This document shows, in pieces, positions 18,334 through 27,802 of a stretch of 64,000 nucleotides of DNA. Origin of the DNA: a virus. The notes below the pieces were generated by a model, which did not search any database, was not told the origin of the DNA, and saw only the letters and a list, made by a program, of their open reading frames with translations. Location of the stretch: IMG/VR virus record IMGVR_UViG_3300047388_000220, positions 4,975 through 68,974 of that record; one strand, written 5' to 3'. Position 1 is the first letter of the stretch. Each line of letters begins with the position of its first letter. Both the position numbers and the translations under genes were made by a program.

Positions 18334-21300
18334 TCATTGAATCTTAACTCCTCCACCGGTGATTGTTACTGGCCCTGTGATGGTGACACCATCCCCAACC
18401 GGCGGCGGAGGAGTTATCGGGATAAAGGTCGCCGTCACGGTGCAGTCGTTCGCAGGCATCGTGCCGTTGTAGGTTGCGCCCACCAGCGTGCCGCCGCATC
18501 CGGTGGCGGTCGAAACGGCATACCCGATTCCAGGCGTCAACGTGCAGGCATAGGCGGTGCCACCGACGTGACTGCCGACGCACCCCGCAACGGATCCTGC
18601 TCCGGTGATGCTAGCCGAGATATTGAAACTGGGCGGCGGGGTTACTGCGAAAGTCGCTGCCACGGTGCAGTTCGAGGCCGGCATGATTCCGCTGTAGTTG
18701 CCACCTGAAAGCGCTCCACTGCAGCCCGTAACGCTTGTGGTGAAATATCCTGGGGCCGGAGTCACTGTGCAGCCATAAGCGGACCCAGAAGACAGCGTGC
18801 CTGCGCACCCGGTAACCGTTCCGCTGCCGGTAACGGAATTCGAGAGGGTAAAAGTCGCTCCCACGGACAGAAGAACAGGCTGATTCGACAGGGTAGCCGT
18901 GCCCGAGACGGTAGTAATCGTACCTGCCAGGCTCTGCTGCTGCGTGAACGTGGTCGCATACGGGGCATTGCCCAGCCAGCCGGTAAACCACGCAAGCCGC
19001 TGCGGAGATCCCGAGGCGACAAGGTCGACCGTATAGATATTTCCTCCAGTTACGGCAGTGCTTACCATGGGGCCTATAAAAGAAGCCGCGGACAGCCACG
19101 CCTTGGTTTGAATGAATGCAGCATTTACCGATGTTGGTCCGGATGGAATCGTCGAGGTTGGTGGAGTGCAGCCGCCGTTTATCCCGTCTCCAAACTGAGT
19201 CCCCCAGCACCGATCCTGCCACGAATACCAGAGCGAGTGCACCGGCTTAGAGCCACTGGCCGGTGTGGCCGCGAGAGCGATCATGTGCCGCGATGTGTAG
19301 GCTGCCCTGAGGAACTTAGTGTTGGCGGAAGTGTCAGAGACGCCGTCAGTCATCGCTGAGTTGATTCCGAACCCGCCCTCGGTCTGCCAGACGGGGAGCG
19401 CTGAAGCCCATGAAGCGATCGCGGGGTTCCCAAGAATGGCTGGCGAGTAGAGCGTTGCAACCTGGTCCTTGATGGCCGTACGGCAAGAGCTATTTGGAGC
19501 TCCGGTACATGTTCCGCTTCCGTGGGCTACGAGATCCTCGGGAAAGGGAGCGGTGGCCGGAAATGTGATGGTCGTTCTCGCGGGGTAAGCGTGCCACGAA
19601 ACCGCATCCGGCAGATGAGGCAGAGAGTAAAACACGGTCGTATCTGATTCGATGTGGGCCGTGCCGCTGGTCGGCGCTGTGGTCTCGTCAATCTGGACCT
19701 GTATGTCAGGGCCCGCAGCGTAAGTGTGGTTGTCAACAGGGATAAATCCTGCTGCTAGCCCAGTCACCGCATCCACGAGGCGATAAGTGATCGGCGTCGC
19801 CCCTGCGGTCACATCATTCAGGCTCAAAGCATCGTAAAATGCGCAGTTAGTTGGGCTGGTGAACGTGCAGCCGGGGTTGCGATGGCCATACTGCCGAATG
19901 TGGTACCAGTGCCCTGAGATTGCTGTAAAGGTGGTTAGATCGGGATGGGTGGCGGTCACGTCGATGCCGCGAAAATCCTGCCATGATAGGCAATTCTGGC
20001 CACAATACTGAAGTGTGTGCGAAGCGCCGTTGTACTGGAAACCCCAGCCCGTATAGGCGCACTCCCCAGCAGCATAAGCAGCAGCACTGCAGTTGTAGTT
20101 CACGTCCGCCTCAAGGTTGTGGATCGTGGCGACGTTGGGAATCATGAAGTAGAAGTCGCGGTAGTAGAATCTGGCGTTATCGAGGTCAGCGGAAACCGTC
20201 GGATAATCTCGTGGCCAGAGCACGTCCGCATTTGGGAACCCTGCCGCCGTCGACACGCCGAACACTGCACTACTCGAAGGTTTACATGGCGATGGCGCGA
20301 GTCCGGGCACAATGGTGGGCAGATTCCGGTTCGGGTCTCCGGTGCAGATGCCGTCATCAGCCGTGCCGCCGTAGGTATCGCTCAACGTGGCCGGTGAGTC
20401 TGTTCCCCCTGCTCCCAGCCCATTATTCACAGGCGCTATGCCGACTCCCGAGTTGGTTGCCACCACCACGCCCAGATTAGGGCCAGGGGGAGTACGGCTC
20501 ATTGCCAGCGTCTTGGCGGCGGTGGTGCAGTAAAGCTGCCCTACGGGCACCCCCGCGGGCTGGGGCACCCCTCCTGAGTAGTCAGTTATGCAGTTCGTGA
20601 GTTGCTTGCCGACCGGAGTAACAACTATGCCGGTGGAGTTGGCATTGCTCGAAAACGTGGTGCTGATAACCGGTACGATCGCGCCCCAATCAGCGAGACC
20701 GGTTTCGAGCGCCGTAATCCACGAGCCGCCCGAGCCGTCTCCGCCAGCCGAAACCGATCCTCCGATGATGGTGCAGTCTCCGCAATAGAGCCGAATGATT
20801 GCTGCCTTGTCCTCGAGCATCTTCGCCAACTGCACGTAGGTCCCGCCCCAGTAATTTCCTACATTCCATTCGTTCCAGCCCTCGAATACTTTCAGAGTAC
20901 AGGCACCTATAAGCGGACTCGATGGCGCAGCCGACACACCGCACACATGGCGCATGATAGCGGTCACGGCTTCCTTGTACTGGCAGTTGGTGGTATTCAC
21001 TCCAGAGAGAACGTTCTGGCAGTTTGCGTAGGTGTTAATATCCGTCGGCGGCGTGAATAGGTTGCCCGTTCCGTTGGCCCAGATGGGAACATAGCGATCG
21101 GTGTAGATCGGGAACGAGCCGGGGTGCGCCACGTCCGAGGCCACGAAGGCATCGATCACCGCGTAATTGAAGGTTCCGCGCACTGGCTCGATACTTCTCC
21201 AGTCTGCCGGGCAACAGATACGATCCGCAGTTGGAAAGGGATTCGTGGTTTGCGTAGACGCAGTACGAGAGATCGATTGAACAGTTTGACCCCATGCCGA

Positions 21301-21336
21301 CGAACCTAGTAAAACGATGATCATAAAGAAACGCAT
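18334..21336 (-). CDS. Secreted clan GH-A glycoside hydrolase (GH5/GH39-like) with a large inserted domain and C-terminal divergent InlB B-like repeats
   Basis: Signal peptide MRFFMIIVLLGSSAWG|Q; WRSIEPVRGTFNY, FEGWNEWN (acid/base), DAVSWHAYP, PVWQTEGG (nucleophile); two TGxGxVxGC...CTxTPxxGY...GCxGxL...MPAxxCTVxATF repeats. Confidence 0.75.
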   Translation of the reverse strand: MRFFMIIVLLGSSAWGQTVQSISRTASTQTTNPFPTADRICCPADWRSIEPVRGTFNYAVIDAFVASDVAHPGSFPIYTDRYVPIWANGTGNLFTPPTDINTYANCQNVLSGVNTTNCQYKEAVTAIMRHVCGVSAAPSSPLIGACTLKVFEGWNEWNVGNYWGGTYVQLAKMLEDKAAIIRLYCGDCTIIGGSVSAGGDGSGGSWITALETGLADWGAIVPVISTTFSSNANSTGIVVTPVGKQLTNCITDYSGGVPQPAGVPVGQLYCTTAAKTLAMSRTPPGPNLGVVVATNSGVGIAPVNNGLGAGGTDSPATLSDTYGGTADDGICTGDPNRNLPTIVPGLAPSPCKPSSSAVFGVSTAAGFPNADVLWPRDYPTVSADLDNARFYYRDFYFMIPNVATIHNLEADVNYNCSAAAYAAGECAYTGWGFQYNGASHTLQYCGQNCLSWQDFRGIDVTATHPDLTTFTAISGHWYHIRQYGHRNPGCTFTSPTNCAFYDALSLNDVTAGATPITYRLVDAVTGLAAGFIPVDNHTYAAGPDIQVQIDETTAPTSGTAHIESDTTVFYSLPHLPDAVSWHAYPARTTITFPATAPFPEDLVAHGSGTCTGAPNSSCRTAIKDQVATLYSPAILGNPAIASWASALPVWQTEGGFGINSAMTDGVSDTSANTKFLRAAYTSRHMIALAATPASGSKPVHSLWYSWQDRCWGTQFGDGINGGCTPPTSTIPSGPTSVNAAFIQTKAWLSAASFIGPMVSTAVTGGNIYTVDLVASGSPQRLAWFTGWLGNAPYATTFTQQQSLAGTITTVSGTATLSNQPVLLSVGATFTLSNSVTGSGTVTGCAGTLSSGSAYGCTVTPAPGYFTTSVTGCSGALSGGNYSGIMPASNCTVAATFAVTPPPSFNISASITGAGSVAGCVGSHVGGTAYACTLTPGIGYAVSTATGCGGTLVGATYNGTMPANDCTVTATFIPITPPPPVGDGVTITGPVTITGGGVKIQ

Positions 21337-21344
21337 TTAACCCT

Positions 21345-22670
21345 TTAGAACGCCGTGCAAGCAAAGTCAATCACGTCACTGGCTACCGCGGTTGCTGGCA
21401 CCGTCAGAGTGGCCGTAGTCGTGTTATTTGTCGAGAAGTAAAGGCCAGTATTGCCTGCGGCCGTCGTCTCATCATTGGCGCGACACGACCAGCCATTCGC
21501 TGCCGTGAACCCGCTGGCGCCGTTCATCGTGATTACCACCGTGCAAGCGCTCGCACCGATGGTGAACTTGCCGGCCGACGCGCCGCCCACGGTCGCGGTG
21601 ATGGATGTGCAGCCGGTTGCTGTGAACTTGGTGCCCAGGGACTCAAAAGCCACACCAGCCACTGTTCCAAGCGAATTGCATGTCTGACTGGTGGATGCTG
21701 CCCATACTCCGGCGGTGCTGCGGCACCAGGCCGTGTCGCTAGATGAGCCGATGGCATAGCTTCCAGCGTTTTGGGTGTTCCTATACGTGGACGTAGTGAT
21801 AATCGTCCCAGCAGAAACCACCGACCCGGCGTTTGACACTGCGAATACACTGTTGGCGGCTGAGCCGTTTAGCCGAAAATCGATGTAGTTGCCGGTGAAC
21901 CCGGATGGCGCATTAACGCCAAGGTAAGTGCCGTTCGCACTCCAGGTGGTAGCCGCCGCCGCACCGCTCGCGGGTTGAATGAACAAGTAGGGGAAAGTCG
22001 TAGTCCCGGTGCCGCCCGTGAATAGCGTGGCGTTAGAGAATATAGCCGAAGTCGAAGCCGCTGGCGTGTTGGTTACTGTCGAGCCTCCGCTCAGGTTGGC
22101 CGCCGTGGTTGCTGACGTCGCCGTGGTCGCCGTGGTCGCGGATGTGGCCGTAACAGCCGCATTCGCCGTGCAGGCGGTGCACGTTCCGGTGAGGTTGGTT
22201 ATCACGCCGGATGCGGGAGTACCGAGCGCCGGAGTGACGAAGATCGGAGAAGTGAATGTAAGCCCGCTGGCGAAATCGGCATTGACGAGCGCGCGGTAGG
22301 TGGGCGCCGCCGCCGCGCCGGTTGTAGGGCCAGCGAGGACAAGATTCGCCGCCGCTGTAGATAGCGCGAAGGTCAGCGCCGGGGTAGTGGTAGCGGTCGC
22401 CACGGAAGTCGTGAACAAGGGTGAGAGATTGCCTGCCGAGAACGATGTAACGGTCCCGACTCCGCCTCCTCCACTGAAAGTGCAGGGAACAACTGCATTC
22501 GAGACGATCGTATAACAGGTAAAGGCGGGAGGCCTGAACGCCAAGGCTGCACCGCTGCCAGTCGGAAACGGATTTCCGGACGAGTCGTAGAGTAGCATCG
22601 GAGGCGGCGTGAACTGCGCTCTTGCGGTCTCCGCCAGAGCCAGAACGACGAGCAGGATCCACTTGTTCAT
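21345..22670 (-). CDS. Signal-peptide-bearing tail-fibre-like protein (441 aa; start revised to MNKWILL)
   Basis: GAGGT RBS; MNKWILLVVLALAETARA|Q; GTVTSF...TTPALT, VLAGPTTGAAAAPTYRALV, PALGTPASGVITNLTG and ATSATTA motifs common in phage fibres. Confidence 0.7.
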   Translation of the reverse strand: MNKWILLVVLALAETARAQFTPPPMLLYDSSGNPFPTGSGAALAFRPPAFTCYTIVSNAVVPCTFSGGGGVGTVTSFSAGNLSPLFTTSVATATTTPALTFALSTAAANLVLAGPTTGAAAAPTYRALVNADFASGLTFTSPIFVTPALGTPASGVITNLTGTCTACTANAAVTATSATTATTATSATTAANLSGGSTVTNTPAASTSAIFSNATLFTGGTGTTTFPYLFIQPASGAAAATTWSANGTYLGVNAPSGFTGNYIDFRLNGSAANSVFAVSNAGSVVSAGTIITTSTYRNTQNAGSYAIGSSSDTAWCRSTAGVWAASTSQTCNSLGTVAGVAFESLGTKFTATGCTSITATVGGASAGKFTIGASACTVVITMNGASGFTAANGWSCRANDETTAAGNTGLYFSTNNTTTATLTVPATAVASDVIDFACTAF

Positions 22671-22680
22671 GTATTTACCT

Positions 22681-25600
22681 CTAGTTCGCGTTGTCGATGA
22701 CGCACTGATACGTTCCGGCGAGCGTTCCACTTGTGGGCACATTGACGGTAAAGCCTGTCGTCCCGAGAGCGGTTGCAAACGGCGTTCCGGTTGTCGCCGC
22801 GCTTGCCGATGGCGTCACGGAGCAGCTTGTCGGCGTGGATCCCATAGCAGACGAGAACGTCACAGCAACCGATGTGGCCGACGAGATTGACCATGTTCCG
22901 GAGCGGATCGGCGTAAGTTGCGACGTAAATGCGAAGGTCCCGGTGGCATCTTGTAACGTGAATACGCGGGCTGCCGTGAAGGTTCCCGTTATCCTCCCAG
23001 TGCCGCTGCCCTGCGTTCCGATGTAGATACCCGGGATGGGCTTGGCTGTTGTTCCCAGGGTTCCGGTGGTGTTGGCCGTATTGGGAAGGAAGTCGCCGGA
23101 GGAATCCCAGTTCCACTGCACCGTTCCGCCGACCTCGATCTGTACACCGTTTGTTCCATCGCCAGTACCGAGGGTCATGCTTTGCGCTGCCAAAGCCCCC
23201 GCCCCATGATTCAAGAGCGTGTCCCCGGTCCCCGTAGTGTTGATTTCAAAGTATTGTTTATTGGTGCCGTCATCGCTCTTGTAGACCCTGGTCGTGCAGG
23301 CGGCAGTGGGCAATCCATTCACCAGCACGCCGCAATAGGTAGCCAAGAGCCCGCTTACCCGCAGGAGATTAAGGTCTTTGTGAACTGTGTCAAGCGTAAG
23401 CTGATCAGCGAATGTGGGTCCGGAAGGCTGAGTGATGATGTCGCCCTGATCGCGGATGTAGTCTCCTCCCGGGGTGGTAGCCGGTATTTGAGGATTGGTC
23501 GCCACGGCCCAGACCTGCGTATTGGCATCACAGGAGCCAGCATTCGAGACCGTCAGGGTGGGAGCCAGCATGCCATCGACTTGCGCGGTTCCGGTCGCTG
23601 GCGTGACGCAACCTCCAACACAGTTGTACGTCATGGTAGGGCTGAAAGAGTAATTGCTGCCATGCTCATTGTCTCTAATCGTGCACCGCATCACTCCCCA
23701 CACCACATTTGGAACCGAGATCGAGCCGATGTTTGTCGGGGTCAAGACTGGAGTGCAAGCGGCCCCCGATCCGGTTGAATCGACAAAGGTCGCTGTGACT
23801 CCACCGGGAGGTGTGCTCCCAGGCGTCCATGCGCCATAGTTCCCTGCTGTAGTTATTCTGGTATTGCGGATGCCTAACGTTGCTGTGGCTGTGGCGACAG
23901 GGTGGGTGAGGCAAGTTGGTGCAACTCCGCCAATAACCTTCGTGCTGTATCCTGATCCGCCCGACGTGACTGTGCACGAGTCCGGCACGCCGGCTGTCAA
24001 GTGTACGGTAAACGCTCCGCCGCTGCCCGTCCCTCCCTGCGTATCCTGCACTGAGGTCAGAGGGGGATATGTATACGGTCCACCCGCCTGCGTTATGGTA
24101 CAACCTGAAGGAACATTCAGCACTCCATTGGTCTGCGTCAGGGTCACGAGCGTGGGCTTGAGCCATGCTGCATCGCCCCCAACAATGGTGATTCCCGGCG
24201 CGGCCAAATACCCATAGCCCTGATGACTCAATGGAAATGAGGCGATCGCTACCTGCCCGCCGCCGAGAGAAGAGAATGTGGGCGCACCAAAGATCGCACC
24301 GGCTCCCTGCGCATAGGCTGTGTAATTTCCGAATGAAGAAACATGCAGCGCTTCATTCTGCATAGCCTGAACTGCGGTGTGGTTGGGGTAGCTCAGGTCG
24401 ACAAATGAGTTCGTCGGGTCGAGGCTCGCATTGGGAAGATCGTCGCTTGAAGCGGTTGGATAAGCAGCGTCCGCAAAGAAGTCTCCGCGGAAATAATCGT
24501 TGGTGTGAGTGATGTTGATGCCCGCTGTAGTACCGTCCACATACTGCACATGGGGGGCGTAAGGGGTTGGCCCCGGCCATGAAGTATTGAAGGTATATCC
24601 ACCTGACGTGTGAACGAAATTGGTGTTGCTCCACGTGTTTACGTTGGTGACGTTGCTCATGATGATGCTGGCTGCCGCGTTAGAGTCAAAGGCGGTTTTG
24701 GCAATAATATAGTTGTAAGGCCCAGCCGCTCCGGGTCCGTCGCCGCGTCCAATCCAGACGCCCGGACCAAGAGGGTTCGAGCTGCATGTAGCTTGGCTGG
24801 CAAACGACGTTCCATTCAGTTCGGATACCGCGTTGGCGAGGGATACCGGCTGTCCGCATCCATTGAGAGCAATCGAATTGTTGTACATCGTGTTGGTTGG
24901 TGCTCCAGTCCATCGCACCCCGCCGAGCGAATTGTAGGTGACGATGTTCGATAGATCGCCGCCGAAAGTTGTCTGCGAACCGTGCAGGTTCGCTCCCCAT
25001 CCTTTGTTGAATTGAATGTAATCTCCGTCGATCCTGATACCGTCTCCGCCAGTCAAATCTCCATTGGAACTGAGGTCCAGCCGTGACGGCATGATGATTC
25101 CATCGCCCGACATGTACTTGATGGTGTTGGACAAGATTGCGACTTTCCAGCTTCCCTCGACCGAAATCGCTGAAATGCCGTTATAGATGTTCCATGTCCA
25201 TGCCGGAGCAGCGACGTAAGCGCAGCCAGGCTCGCTAGCTGTCGGATTGGTCTCACATCCATAAGGCGTCATCTCGAAGCCTTCAATCCTGCCATCCATC
25301 TGGAAATGCGGCGCATCCGCAGCGGTAATTACGCCTTGCACGTCGATCATGGACGGCGCCGGATAAGCCGTAGCGCCTTGGAATGTGACGCTGGTTGGAA
25401 CAGTGAAGCTCGACAGCATCAGAAGCTGGGTCTTGCCGTGACCCGCGCCTTGAAATATAGGCCCTCTGGAGTAGGTGCCATTTGTCGGCGGACGGGTGTA
25501 GTACATCAGCGGAGCGGAGATGCACCACTTGCCTGCTGGAAAGATGACCGGAGAGCCACCTGAAGCATCTATGGCTGCTTGAATCGCAGCGGTCGAATCG

Positions 25601-26475
25601 AAGGGAGTTGCCCCCGAGCAAGATTGCGCACCATACGCCTGAATGTTGTATACCTGCCCACCTTTGTCGTAAACGGCTGCGACGGCATAGGAAGCGCCAA
25701 CGCATCCGGTCAGCGAACCGCAATTGGTGTTACCAGCTCCCGCTGTGTAACTGTTCGCCGTAAGGTCGCCTGCCAGGTCTGTAGTTACGTCGGGATGGCC
25801 TTGGATCGTCGGCTGCGTGCCCCCTAAAGGATAAAAGCCAAGATCGTACTGAGTAGAAGGAATAACGTTTCCGTTCCCTCCTGGAGTCGTCAAGAGCACA
25901 TATTCAGATGTGGGTCCATCCCATTTGTAACTGTCGATCGGAACAGTTCGCTGATCGACAATCGTCACATTTGGGCTGCCATGTGCCGCCAGGATCATCG
26001 CCGTCGTTCCGCCAAGCCGGCCCCAGTCCGGTGTCAGGATGACTTGATAAGCCATGCCCTGGGCGAAGTTGATCGCCTCCTGGAGTCCCGCGGTCGCAGA
26101 CTGGATCGTGAAGTTTGAATGCGGGTTGACTGTGGTCACGGTGATCGAACAGCCCGATCCGCTCACTCGTACCGCCGTGGGTGTCACGATCTCGGTATTC
26201 GATGGCGTATTGTCCTTGATCGTGATCGGTGTGCCGACGGCGAAAACTGGCGACAGGACGAGGCCAGACGCAGATACCGTGCAGAATGACGGTACCGACC
26301 ATGAAAACTGCCCTGTATTGCCTTGGGGGACCTGCCACTGACCAAAATTCGAGGCGTACAGCAGGCCCGAGAAATTAGCCGGCCCGAGTTGAGGCTGCCC
26401 GGGTGGTCCTCCCTGGGCAAAGCTCGAGTGAGCCAAGCTCAGACCTAACCAGATGATGAGAAAGAGTCGTTTCAT
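22681..26475 (-). CDS. Signal-peptide-bearing tailspike-like protein with pectate-lyase-like beta-helix (1264 aa)
   Basis: MKRLFLIIWLGLSLAHSSFA|Q; VYNIQAYGA...DSTAAIQAAIDA...VIFPAGKW (Pectate_lyase_3-type N-cap); later GxGY repeats. Confidence 0.75.
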   Translation of the reverse strand: MKRLFLIIWLGLSLAHSSFAQGGPPGQPQLGPANFSGLLYASNFGQWQVPQGNTGQFSWSVPSFCTVSASGLVLSPVFAVGTPITIKDNTPSNTEIVTPTAVRVSGSGCSITVTTVNPHSNFTIQSATAGLQEAINFAQGMAYQVILTPDWGRLGGTTAMILAAHGSPNVTIVDQRTVPIDSYKWDGPTSEYVLLTTPGGNGNVIPSTQYDLGFYPLGGTQPTIQGHPDVTTDLAGDLTANSYTAGAGNTNCGSLTGCVGASYAVAAVYDKGGQVYNIQAYGAQSCSGATPFDSTAAIQAAIDASGGSPVIFPAGKWCISAPLMYYTRPPTNGTYSRGPIFQGAGHGKTQLLMLSSFTVPTSVTFQGATAYPAPSMIDVQGVITAADAPHFQMDGRIEGFEMTPYGCETNPTASEPGCAYVAAPAWTWNIYNGISAISVEGSWKVAILSNTIKYMSGDGIIMPSRLDLSSNGDLTGGDGIRIDGDYIQFNKGWGANLHGSQTTFGGDLSNIVTYNSLGGVRWTGAPTNTMYNNSIALNGCGQPVSLANAVSELNGTSFASQATCSSNPLGPGVWIGRGDGPGAAGPYNYIIAKTAFDSNAAASIIMSNVTNVNTWSNTNFVHTSGGYTFNTSWPGPTPYAPHVQYVDGTTAGINITHTNDYFRGDFFADAAYPTASSDDLPNASLDPTNSFVDLSYPNHTAVQAMQNEALHVSSFGNYTAYAQGAGAIFGAPTFSSLGGGQVAIASFPLSHQGYGYLAAPGITIVGGDAAWLKPTLVTLTQTNGVLNVPSGCTITQAGGPYTYPPLTSVQDTQGGTGSGGAFTVHLTAGVPDSCTVTSGGSGYSTKVIGGVAPTCLTHPVATATATLGIRNTRITTAGNYGAWTPGSTPPGGVTATFVDSTGSGAACTPVLTPTNIGSISVPNVVWGVMRCTIRDNEHGSNYSFSPTMTYNCVGGCVTPATGTAQVDGMLAPTLTVSNAGSCDANTQVWAVATNPQIPATTPGGDYIRDQGDIITQPSGPTFADQLTLDTVHKDLNLLRVSGLLATYCGVLVNGLPTAACTTRVYKSDDGTNKQYFEINTTGTGDTLLNHGAGALAAQSMTLGTGDGTNGVQIEVGGTVQWNWDSSGDFLPNTANTTGTLGTTAKPIPGIYIGTQGSGTGRITGTFTAARVFTLQDATGTFAFTSQLTPIRSGTWSISSATSVAVTFSSAMGSTPTSCSVTPSASAATTGTPFATALGTTGFTVNVPTSGTLAGTYQCVIDNAN

Positions 26476-26489
26476 GCTATGCTTAGCCC

Positions 26490-27047
26490 ATGCCTAAACA
26501 ACCAAAGTATAGTTTGGTTCCATCGTGCGACGGAGCGTGCTACATCATCGGGTCCGACGCGAGCATCCATAGGATCAGAGAAATCAAAACTTGCCCTTCT
26601 AGCAACAAAAGATACAACGTGTTCAATTTCTTTGGTCCGGACGGAAGGAAAACCCCGCGCTTTGTTCACCATCTTGTCGCTGAGTGCTTTCTTGGGCCTA
26701 AGCCTGAAGGACTCCAAATCAACCACAAGGACGGCAACCGTTTCAACAATGCCGCAGATAACTTGGAATACGTGACTCCAAAGGAAAACACGCAGCATGC
26801 GATCCGTCTTGGATTGCGTGAACCTAAAACCGCAGAGCACATGAAGAAGATGCATAAAGCATGGAAAGGCAAGCGGCATTTCGCTCCTATCCGCAAGTTT
26901 ACGGACGAACAGGCCTTGAACATCATCGCGGCGTTTCGATCTGGAAGAACAATGACGGCAATTGGTCAAGAGTTTGGGTGCTCCCATAGCTCTGTTAATC
27001 GCATCGTGAACGGAAAGATCGTCTACCAGTATCTTGATCGAAGCTAA
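26490..27047 (+). CDS. HNH homing endonuclease (NUMOD4/HNH_3-like, C-terminal HTH), antisense to the late operon
   Basis: VHHLVAECFLGPKPEGLQINHKDGNRFNNAADNLEYVTPKENTQHA; TGcTATGCT promoter 6 nt before the ATG. Confidence 0.9.
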   Translation: MPKQPKYSLVPSCDGACYIIGSDASIHRIREIKTCPSSNKRYNVFNFFGPDGRKTPRFVHHLVAECFLGPKPEGLQINHKDGNRFNNAADNLEYVTPKENTQHAIRLGLREPKTAEHMKKMHKAWKGKRHFAPIRKFTDEQALNIIAAFRSGRTMTAIGQEFGCSHSSVNRIVNGKIVYQYLDRS

Positions 27048-27787
27048 GGCACAGTCACTGCGCTCCAGACGTTGGTGCTTCCGCATACGTAGAGCACGGT
27101 GCTCGCGCTCACCGCCGACGTATTCACGTCGAGAGATCCGACCGTGCAGTTAGCCGATGGCACGCCCGCGGTTGCGGTGATGGTGACGCCGGCCCCGACA
27201 CTGCCAGATGCGAGCGCCGGCGTTGTCCCGGTATAAGTTGCAAGCGTGGCCGTGCGCGCATCGAGAATCGACGTATTCGCGCCCGCGATGGCCGCCGTGA
27301 CCATCGCTGTCGTGCCTCCCATCGTCTGCCAGTCGGGAGTCAGAACCACCACAGCCCTCGAAACGCCAGCCCAATTCAGCGCCTCCTGGAGTCCAAGAGT
27401 GCCGGATTGCAGGTAGTACGTCACGTGCGTGTGGGTTGCAGGCAGGCCCACCGAGCAGCCGGCGCCGACATAGCTTGCGATGCTGGGCGTCACCGTCTCC
27501 GTGTTGGCCGGCGTCCCGATGTCGACAATCGTGATCGGCGCGCGTGTCGAGAATAGCGGAAAGACAACCCCGCCCGAGGTTCCATAGCACTGCCCGGGAT
27601 TGTCCCACCTGGTTCCCGACGGCGTGGGCGCAATCGTCCAGTGCGCAAAGTTCGATGCATACAAAAGCCCGGCCACATCTGCATCACCGTTGGCCTGGCT
27701 GGTAACAGATGCGGTCGGGCTCGTGGTTTGGCCTGCAATTGCAAGTGGCAGAGCCAGAAATACAGCGAGTAACGCGAGTTTTTTCAT
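27044..27787 (-). CDS. Signal-peptide-bearing protein with the shared N-terminal domain (247 aa)
   Basis: AGGAG RBS; MKKLALLAVFLALPLAIAG|Q; GLLYASNF...GLQEALN domain; C-terminal GVPSANCTVGSL...LYVC...NVW fibre-tip motif. Confidence 0.75.
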   Translation of the reverse strand: MKKLALLAVFLALPLAIAGQTTSPTASVTSQANGDADVAGLLYASNFAHWTIAPTPSGTRWDNPGQCYGTSGGVVFPLFSTRAPITIVDIGTPANTETVTPSIASYVGAGCSVGLPATHTHVTYYLQSGTLGLQEALNWAGVSRAVVVLTPDWQTMGGTTAMVTAAIAGANTSILDARTATLATYTGTTPALASGSVGAGVTITATAGVPSANCTVGSLDVNTSAVSASTVLYVCGSTNVWSAVTVP

Positions 27788-27802
27788 GGCTGGCTCCTGT
27801 TT

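Noticed and set aside
22105-22165. Repeats encoding TATSATTATTATSATTA
   Set aside because: Ordinary low-complexity fibre motif; no reverse transcriptase or template/variable repeat pair, so not a DGR
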